A stretch of 64,000 nucleotides of DNA, from assembly GCA_024699055.1 (NCBI GenBank), contig JAILQG010000107.1, positions 14,494 through 78,493 of the forward strand, written 5' to 3'. Below are positions 20,292 to 26,740 of the stretch, piece by piece (the stretch's first letter is position 1; each line of letters starts with the position of its first letter). Source of the DNA: Bacteroidales bacterium (GTDB lineage: Bacteria; Bacteroidota; Bacteroidia; Bacteroidales; UBA932). Made by a program: the position numbers and the translations under genes. The notes beneath the pieces are model-generated. The model did no database searches. It saw only the letters and a list, made by a program, of their open reading frames with translations, and was not told the origin of the DNA.

Positions 20292-20362
20292 GCAGGATTA
20301 GCACATCGGTAGTGCATTGGCTTCCCAAGCCAAGGAGGAGGGTTCGACTCCCTTATCCTGCT
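20292..20362 (+). tRNA. tRNA-Gly(CCC) (copy 1)
   Basis: Acceptor stem GCAGGAT/ATCCTGC, anticodon arm TTGGC-TTCCCAA-GCCAA, T-loop GGTTCGACTC; TATATTTG promoter just upstream. Confidence 0.95.
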
Positions 20363-20375
20363 CAAACGACACCCG

Positions 20376-20403
20376 AACCGCAGCAGTCCGCTGCGGTTTT
20401 TTT
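20376..20403 (+). terminator. Intrinsic terminator after tRNA-Gly
   Basis: AACCGCAGC...GCTGCGGTT hairpin followed by a T-tract. Confidence 0.8.
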
Positions 20404-20458
20404 CTATTTTTAACACTATCGAAAAATAAAAGCGACGGCGAAAACGGAAAAATGTCAC

Positions 20459-20497
20459 TTTTACTCCCCTGAAAGCCGAAAAGCCTTGATAGTTTTG
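20459..20497 (+). promoter_or_regulatory. Putative promoter TTTTACTCCC-N21-TAGTTTTG
   Basis: Shared motif; the -7 box matches the Bacteroidetes TAnnTTTG consensus. Confidence 0.6.
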
Positions 20498-20516
20498 TCT
20501 GAAAAGACATATTATC

Positions 20517-21602
20517 ATGAAGGCTTTAAGCATTATCCCTCTTGCGGCGGCAGCGCTTCTTGCATGCGACCGCATCGTTTCCGAACCGGCCCCTGAGCCG
20601 GGCTTCCTGCACCTCTCTTTCATCGACTGCACCAGCCGGACAGCCGATATTCCCGACACCAATTCCTTCCATCTCGACATCCGTGACGACGGCGACGGCA
20701 CCGTATGGTCCGGCCTCTGGTCCGACGCTCCAAAGGAGCTCCGACTCTCACCGGGAGAGTACACCGTGGAGGCCGTTTCCCGCAGTTTCACCGGGCCCCT
20801 CTTCAATGCTCCGCAGTACGGAGACCGTCAGGTTTTTGAAGTGGAATCCGGAAAGGTGACCGCCGCGCACCTGAACTGCACCCAGCTGAATTCTGCGCTG
20901 CGCATCCAGGTTTCACCACAGTTCAAGGCCGACTATCCGGATGGCAACCTGTACGCCCAGAGCGCCGCAGGAACACTTATGTATTCTTATGGGGAAACCC
21001 GCACGGGCTATTTCTACCCGGGAACCGTTTGGATACAGTTCAACCGCAACGGGAAGAGCCAGACCCTGGCCACGCGGGAACTGGCGCCGCGGGAAGTGCT
21101 GGTGTTGCGCATAGGCGTCGGAGGCAGCGCCATGGAAGTGGGCAGCACCGCAGAACTCTACGGCGATGGCCTCACGATCGAGGTGGACACCACGCGCGCG
21201 TGGACGCACGAGGATTATTATTACGGAGACGGAGGAGGCGGTGGCGGCGAAGACCTCTCCGGAGCCTACAGCGTCGGACAGGCACGCGGCAAAGCCGCTT
21301 CCGGCGAAAAGGGCGTATGGGTTTACGGCTACATAGCCGGAGGCGACTGCAGTTCCAAAGGCTGTTCCTTCACTCCCCCTTTCAAATCCAACACGAACCT
21401 GCTCCTGTCGGCCGACAGATACACCGCCGACAGGGAATCCTGCCTCGCGGTGCAACTCAGCCTGGGAGACATACGCGACGCGCTCAACCTTGTGGACCAT
21501 CCCGATCTGCTCGGCAGGCTCGTATATATCAAGGGAGACCTTGTTGAGAAGTACTACGGGCTGCCAGGACTGCAGAAACTGAGCGATTACAGGCTGCAAT
21601 AA
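20517..21602 (+). CDS. Surface lipoprotein, DUF4493-like N-terminus plus DUF6359-like OB-fold C-terminus (copy 1)
   Basis: Lipobox LLAC; PGEYTVEA...PQYG; Gly linker; C-terminal SVGQA..VWVYGYI..NLLL..VQL..IRDALNL..GDL..YYG.PG. Confidence 0.7.
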   Translation: MKALSIIPLAAAALLACDRIVSEPAPEPGFLHLSFIDCTSRTADIPDTNSFHLDIRDDGDGTVWSGLWSDAPKELRLSPGEYTVEAVSRSFTGPLFNAPQYGDRQVFEVESGKVTAAHLNCTQLNSALRIQVSPQFKADYPDGNLYAQSAAGTLMYSYGETRTGYFYPGTVWIQFNRNGKSQTLATRELAPREVLVLRIGVGGSAMEVGSTAELYGDGLTIEVDTTRAWTHEDYYYGDGGGGGGEDLSGAYSVGQARGKAASGEKGVWVYGYIAGGDCSSKGCSFTPPFKSNTNLLLSADRYTADRESCLAVQLSLGDIRDALNLVDHPDLLGRLVYIKGDLVEKYYGLPGLQKLSDYRLQ

Positions 21603-21673
21603 AAATTCACGGGGCCTCGCATCTCTGCGAGGGCCCCGCTACTTAACCTAAACTTAAACTATGAAAAACTTCG
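21601..21673 (-). ncRNA. Candidate small RNA (copy 1)
   Basis: 41 nt identical to 44063-44103, followed by a covarying hairpin with GAGA loop and a U-tract; TATATTGC box upstream at 21677-21684. Confidence 0.65.
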
Positions 21674-21840
21674 CTTGCAATATAGACATTTTTTGTGACA
21701 TCGCATCATTTTTTTTTCAAAAACCGTCACTGAAGCTCCACTTTCGTCACAGACAAGCCTTTAAGAATTCTTGAAGCCGGGTGCTTCGTCAACTGTGGCG
21801 GGCCGTTCGTCACCGAAAACCAAAAACATTTCTTTTCGAT

Positions 21841-21916
21841 ACCCGCAAAAACATAAAAATATCGGGGAGTAAGCGATGAAAGCGCTTTGCAAACGGATAT
21901 TCCCCGGGAACTTTGC
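21841..21916 (+). promoter_or_regulatory. Promoter region of pilin cluster 1 (A-rich box, GGGGAGTAA, AAACGGnTATTC, AACTTTGC)
   Basis: The last three elements recur with identical spacing upstream of pilin cluster 2 (34539-34590). Confidence 0.6.
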
Positions 21917-21941
21917 CACCGTAAACCAAAACAACAAAAAA

Positions 21942-23003
21942 ATGAAAAAGCTTTTCTGTTTACTTTCCGCGGCCGCCCTCTGCGCCGCAGTCTCCGTCTC
22001 CTGCAAAAAACAGCAGGTTCCCGTCGTTTCCCCGCTTTCCGGCCAGACCGCAAAGGCGGTCATTTCCCTGTCGGGAGTGGATGCGGAAATAAGTTCGCGT
22101 GCGAGTTCCACCACCGCCTATGGCGGGGACAAGACCGCGTCCACGACCCAGATCCTCATCTACGACATTTCGGGAGCCCTCGTGGCAAGTCCTACACCCG
22201 GGGATACGATTACCCTGAGCAAGGGCATGAGTTATTCCGTCCGCGCCATCGTCAACGGTCCCGACTACAGCGGCCTGACCATAGGCCAGGCCATCCCGAT
22301 GGAAATACGTCTTGCCGACTATCCCTGGGTAATGGAGGGTGAAGCGGGGCTGAACTTCAACTCCTCGGATTTCGTCAACCTCAACGTGCAGGTACACAGC
22401 CACGCAGCCAGAATCCATCTCAAATCAATAGTCAACAACCTTCCCCCGGCATTCGGCGCCATCACTGTCGACAGGGTCTACCTCTGCAACGCGATGGGCG
22501 GTTGTGACATGAGCGGAGACCCCACATTCAGGTGGCTCAACAAATACGGCCGTAAGGATTTCTCCGTTCCCGTGACGCCCAATTCCACCACTGGAGCGGT
22601 CGACGGCAGCGTCGAGGCTGCAGCCAGCACCTTCAAGGACTTCGCCAACCACAGCATCAGCCACGGCAGCGCATACAATCCTTCAGACGCATACTTCTAC
22701 TCTTTCCCCAACGAAGAGACCGGAGACATTCCCGCAAATGCAGCCACCTCCACCTCGTGGACGGAACAGGCCACATGGCTCACCATATGCGGCAGGGTAC
22801 AGGCAAACACCTATTACTGGACAGTGAACCTGGGCGCCAACATCGAATACGGGCTCAAGAACAATACCTCCTACGACGTGTCTGTCACCATCAACAACCT
22901 CGGAAGCGACAATCCCGGCACGGAGGTAACTCCCGGATCGGCAGCGATAGGAGTTACCGTACTGCCCTGGATAGCAGGTACGGAAATCACCCAGACCCTA
23001 TAG
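21942..23003 (+). CDS. Type V pilin (FimA/Mfa1-like major subunit candidate)
   Basis: Lipobox SVSC, Arg processing site SSR|A, YFYSFPN, YYWTVN, and a C-terminal donor strand IGVTVLPW. Confidence 0.72.
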   Translation: MKKLFCLLSAAALCAAVSVSCKKQQVPVVSPLSGQTAKAVISLSGVDAEISSRASSTTAYGGDKTASTTQILIYDISGALVASPTPGDTITLSKGMSYSVRAIVNGPDYSGLTIGQAIPMEIRLADYPWVMEGEAGLNFNSSDFVNLNVQVHSHAARIHLKSIVNNLPPAFGAITVDRVYLCNAMGGCDMSGDPTFRWLNKYGRKDFSVPVTPNSTTGAVDGSVEAAASTFKDFANHSISHGSAYNPSDAYFYSFPNEETGDIPANAATSTSWTEQATWLTICGRVQANTYYWTVNLGANIEYGLKNNTSYDVSVTINNLGSDNPGTEVTPGSAAIGVTVLPWIAGTEITQTL

Positions 23004-23005
23004 CC

Positions 23006-25318
23006 ATGAGACCAAGCTTCCTTTTGCTTACGGCCGTACTTCTCGCAGGCGCATCCTGCGGGAAGTACGAAGGAGGCCCCTGCGAAGCCCTTCCGGACGG
23101 AATTCCTGTGAATTTTGCGATGACCCTGGTGAACCCTGAGGCGAGGTCTTCTTTCTGCCCCGCGTCACTAGACATGGTTTCGGACGTAAACGTGTGGGTG
23201 TATCAGGAAGGCGTCCTGCTGCCGGCTTATTCATTCCACCGCAGCATGACTTCCGGAATGGAGACGGAAGTGCTGTTCCCGTCGGCAAGGGCCGTCTACG
23301 ACGTCTACTTCCTCGCCAACATGGGCCAGGTGAGCGGACCCGCGCTGGAGGAAGACATAGCCGACGCCGCGGCCGGAATCGACAGCTACTCCTCGTTCAG
23401 CGAGCGGGGCTTCCCCATGGCGGGGGCGGTGTACGGTTTCAGTCCGTCCGGAAACGGCAGAGTGACGCTCTCGCGCCTGGTGGGCCGCATCGACATCTGC
23501 GCATACGAGAATCCCTCGAACACGAGGATCAGCTACACCTTCCTTTCCGGGAAGATGAAGGCGTGCGCCAGGGTGATACGGCCGTTCGGGGAAATGGCCG
23601 GAGAGCAGGGTTTCGCCAGCAGGGCCGAATCCGAAAACGAGGTGCTTGACGAAGGTGACTCCCTCAGCGAAGCGGACATCGCAGCCCTCAATTCCGGAGG
23701 CACCGTCACCCTGTATTATCTGGAAAACCGGCAGGGGCTCCTCCTTCCCGGCAACTCCGAGCAGCATGGGAAAAGCGCCGGGGCGATAGAGGCTGCCACA
23801 GGAGACCCCTCTCTGCCGCAACTATGTTCTTATCTGGAACTTACCTGCTCCGCCACCACCCCTACCGCAACCTATTCTTCTGTCGTCTACCGTGCCTACC
23901 TCGGGCGCGACGCCACTTCCGACTTCTCGATAGTGAGGAACTCCGTTCACAGCCTCACCCTCGACCTCGCATCGGAAGCCATAAACGCGGAGGATTGGTT
24001 CGTGGAGCCCGGCACCCCGGAGATAACGGGCAGGCTCTGCTTTACGGATACCCGTTACACCCCGCTCAGCGCACCGTCAGGATTCCAGTCGAACACCGAC
24101 GACGACGAGTACCGCAGGCCTTTCAGGGACGTGCGATCCATATTCCTCTCTAAGGGATTCAGCGCCCTGTACTACATCTACCGTTCCGACCCGAGGACAA
24201 GGTATTCCGTACGTCTCGACAGCGACCCCGCCCTCTCCCCTTTCGTGTCCTGCCAGATTTCCTGGGTCGACGGCAACTTCGCGGCCATACTGATAAGCAC
24301 CGCGAGGACCCCTGACGGGTCTTCGCTGGAATACGGGTCCGGGCCCTACGGCGACGTCCTGCACCGTTTCGATCCGCATTACAACTTTTTCGGCAATCCG
24401 TCGCAGGGAGAGACCGAGAACGTCAACCTGATAATAGAATCCTACGACGGGCTGCTCCGGGACACCCTTACCGTAAGGGTGCTCACAAAGCTGCCTGCGG
24501 CCCTGCTCGATTACAGGAGCGACACCGGAAAACTCCTTATCCGCTACAGCAACCCGCTGGGTCTCAAGCTCTACACCTACGTTTCCGGTTCGATCCAGGG
24601 CAGCGTCTCCTACAAGCCCAACGGCACCGCCTTCTCCTCGAAAACGGCTGAGAGGACTGTCAGTTTTACAAGGACATGGCAGGCCTTCCAGGGCAGATAC
24701 GGCTATTCCGAGGTATGCCCGGAGATATCCTACAGGGACAATTCTTCCTCCGTATCCACTTCGGCCGGGACTGTTTCGGCGTTCTCCGGTTGCTTCGATT
24801 GCGTGTGGAGCCTTACCGGATGGGACTCCTACACCACCCTGAACGGTTCCAACGGCTATAACAAGCACGCCCATCCCACCGCGATGGAGCTGAAAATGCA
24901 GTTGCGCTACGACACCCCGCAAATTTACCGCCTGCTTCCGGACCACGGCGTCAAGCTGCCTTTCTGCATGGCCAACCATGAGGGCAAGGCCTTCAGTCCG
25001 TCGGACAGCAGCGAAAGCGTCGCGCTCACCGGCAGCGACATAGGCTTTTCCTACAGCTGCGCCGCCAAGGCCGGTTCGTCGGCGACCACCTACACTTTCC
25101 CGAAAAGCAAGAGCATACTCTCGGTGATGAACGACGCCTATTCCCTCGGGGACTACACCTTATTCTGGGTCTCGGAAAGGCTAAAAATCACTGAATTCAC
25201 CGACTGGGCCCCTTCAGGTCACTATCCCGAAGACTCCTGGCTCTCCTCGCTCGGATTCGACGCTGACAGGCAGGGCAACATAGGAGCCGTATCGGTAACG
25301 GGTACCGTGGTGGAATGA
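23006..25318 (+). CDS. Type V pilus tip/minor subunit (DUF4906-like N-terminal half)
   Basis: Lipobox GASC, EAR|S, FPMAG, YYLENRQG and YRAYLG...DFSIVRN. Confidence 0.68.
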   Translation: MRPSFLLLTAVLLAGASCGKYEGGPCEALPDGIPVNFAMTLVNPEARSSFCPASLDMVSDVNVWVYQEGVLLPAYSFHRSMTSGMETEVLFPSARAVYDVYFLANMGQVSGPALEEDIADAAAGIDSYSSFSERGFPMAGAVYGFSPSGNGRVTLSRLVGRIDICAYENPSNTRISYTFLSGKMKACARVIRPFGEMAGEQGFASRAESENEVLDEGDSLSEADIAALNSGGTVTLYYLENRQGLLLPGNSEQHGKSAGAIEAATGDPSLPQLCSYLELTCSATTPTATYSSVVYRAYLGRDATSDFSIVRNSVHSLTLDLASEAINAEDWFVEPGTPEITGRLCFTDTRYTPLSAPSGFQSNTDDDEYRRPFRDVRSIFLSKGFSALYYIYRSDPRTRYSVRLDSDPALSPFVSCQISWVDGNFAAILISTARTPDGSSLEYGSGPYGDVLHRFDPHYNFFGNPSQGETENVNLIIESYDGLLRDTLTVRVLTKLPAALLDYRSDTGKLLIRYSNPLGLKLYTYVSGSIQGSVSYKPNGTAFSSKTAERTVSFTRTWQAFQGRYGYSEVCPEISYRDNSSSVSTSAGTVSAFSGCFDCVWSLTGWDSYTTLNGSNGYNKHAHPTAMELKMQLRYDTPQIYRLLPDHGVKLPFCMANHEGKAFSPSDSSESVALTGSDIGFSYSCAAKAGSSATTYTFPKSKSILSVMNDAYSLGDYTLFWVSERLKITEFTDWAPSGHYPEDSWLSSLGFDADRQGNIGAVSVTGTVVE

Positions 25319-25381
25319 CGGTGCCGCCGCTGCTTTTTTCCGCATTTTTCCTATATTTGCATGGTTTAAGAAGTAGTGTTT

Positions 25382-26737
25382 ATGGACAAATTCACTCAGA
25401 AATACGTCGATGGGTTCATGTCGGACCTCATCGCGAGGAATCCGGGAGAGCCGGAATTCCACCAGGCAGTAAGGGAAGTAGTGGAAAACGTGGCGCCTTA
25501 CATAACGGCCTACCCCCATCTGATGGACCTTAAAATCATGGAACGTATAGCGGAGCCGGAGCGTGTCATCATGTTCCGGGTACCCTGGATGGACGACCGC
25601 GGAGTGGTTCAGATCAACCGCGGCTACCGCGTGCAGATGAACAGCGCGATCGGCCCCTACAAGGGCGGTATACGTTTCCATGCAAGCGTCAACCTCAGCA
25701 TAATGAAGTTCCTTGCCTTCGAGCAGACTTTCAAGAACGCCCTCACCACCCTGCCTATGGGCGGAGCCAAGGGCGGCAGCGACTTCAACCCCCGCGGCAA
25801 GTCCGACGCCGAAGTTATGCGTTTCTGCCAGAGCTTCATGACGGAACTCCAGAGGCACATAGGCCAGGACACCGACGTGCCTGCGGGCGACATAGGGGTT
25901 GGCGGACGCGAGATCGGCTACCTTTTCGGACAGTACAAGCGCCTTCGCGACGAGTTCACCGGCACCCTCACGGGCAAGGGTCTCGCATGGGGCGGCAGCC
26001 TGCTTCGTCCGGAGGCCACCGGATACGGACTCTGCTACTTCGCAGAACAGATGCTGGCCACCAGGGGCGAGTCCTTCAAGGACAAGACCGTGCTGGTTTC
26101 CGGTGCAGGCAACGTGGCCCAGTACGCCGCCAAGAAAGCGGTCAGCCTGGGAGCCAAGGTGGTCACCATGTCGGATTCCGACGGCTTCATCCACGATCCT
26201 GAAGGACTGAATGAGGAGAAGCTCGCTTACATATTCGAGCTCAAGAACATACGTCGCGGGCGCATAAGCGAATATGCAAGCAGGTTCCCGTCTGCGAAGT
26301 ACTATCCCGGCGAGCGTCCCTGGAGGATTCCCTGCGACATCGCGCTCCCCTGCGCGACGCAGAATGAGATAGAGAAGGCCGACGCCGAAAAGCTTGTCGC
26401 GGGAGGCTGCTTCTGCGTAGCCGAGGGTGCGAACATGCCCTCCACTCCGGAAGCCATAGCCATCTTCCTCGGCAACAAGCTGCTCTACTCCCCCGGAAAG
26501 GCTTCCAACGCCGGCGGCGTGGCCACTTCCGGACTCGAAATGAGCCAGAATTCCATGCGCCGCAAGTGGACTGCGGAAGAGGTGGACGAACAGCTCCGCC
26601 GCATCATGTCCGACATCCACGCGGCCTGCCTCAAGTACGGCACCTGCGAAGACGGCTACGTGAACTACGTCAAGGGCGCCAATATCGCCGGCTTCATCAA
26701 GGTGGCCGGAGCCATGGTTGACCAGGGTCTTGTATAG
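25382..26737 (+). CDS. gdhA: Glutamate dehydrogenase
   Basis: GPYKGGIRFH, GGAKGGSDF, DVPAGDIGVG, RPEATGYG and KASNAGGV. Confidence 0.96.
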   Translation: MDKFTQKYVDGFMSDLIARNPGEPEFHQAVREVVENVAPYITAYPHLMDLKIMERIAEPERVIMFRVPWMDDRGVVQINRGYRVQMNSAIGPYKGGIRFHASVNLSIMKFLAFEQTFKNALTTLPMGGAKGGSDFNPRGKSDAEVMRFCQSFMTELQRHIGQDTDVPAGDIGVGGREIGYLFGQYKRLRDEFTGTLTGKGLAWGGSLLRPEATGYGLCYFAEQMLATRGESFKDKTVLVSGAGNVAQYAAKKAVSLGAKVVTMSDSDGFIHDPEGLNEEKLAYIFELKNIRRGRISEYASRFPSAKYYPGERPWRIPCDIALPCATQNEIEKADAEKLVAGGCFCVAEGANMPSTPEAIAIFLGNKLLYSPGKASNAGGVATSGLEMSQNSMRRKWTAEEVDEQLRRIMSDIHAACLKYGTCEDGYVNYVKGANIAGFIKVAGAMVDQGLV

Positions 26738-26740
26738 TGT

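Larger units (their letters stand above)
5054..21673. repeat. Left arm of a diverged ~17-kb inverted duplication
   Basis: 13 protein genes, tRNA-Gly and a conserved non-coding element each have a homologue at 44063-61820; the 12 genes from the ComEA-like gene to secA are in exact mirror order. Confidence 0.95.

Noticed and set aside
21661-21774. Small ORF MKNF... behind an A-rich leader (leader-peptide idea)
   Set aside because: The counterpart in arm 2 stops after MKNFVVI; covariation and GNRA loops favour an RNA on the opposite strand.
21690-21941. Invertible phase-variable promoter upstream of the pilins
   Set aside because: No convincing flanking inverted repeats were found, and there is no recombinase in the window.
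22757-23005. 83-aa N-terminal extension of the 853-aa ORF
   Set aside because: It overlaps the upstream pilin; the signal peptide and lipobox begin at ATG 23006.
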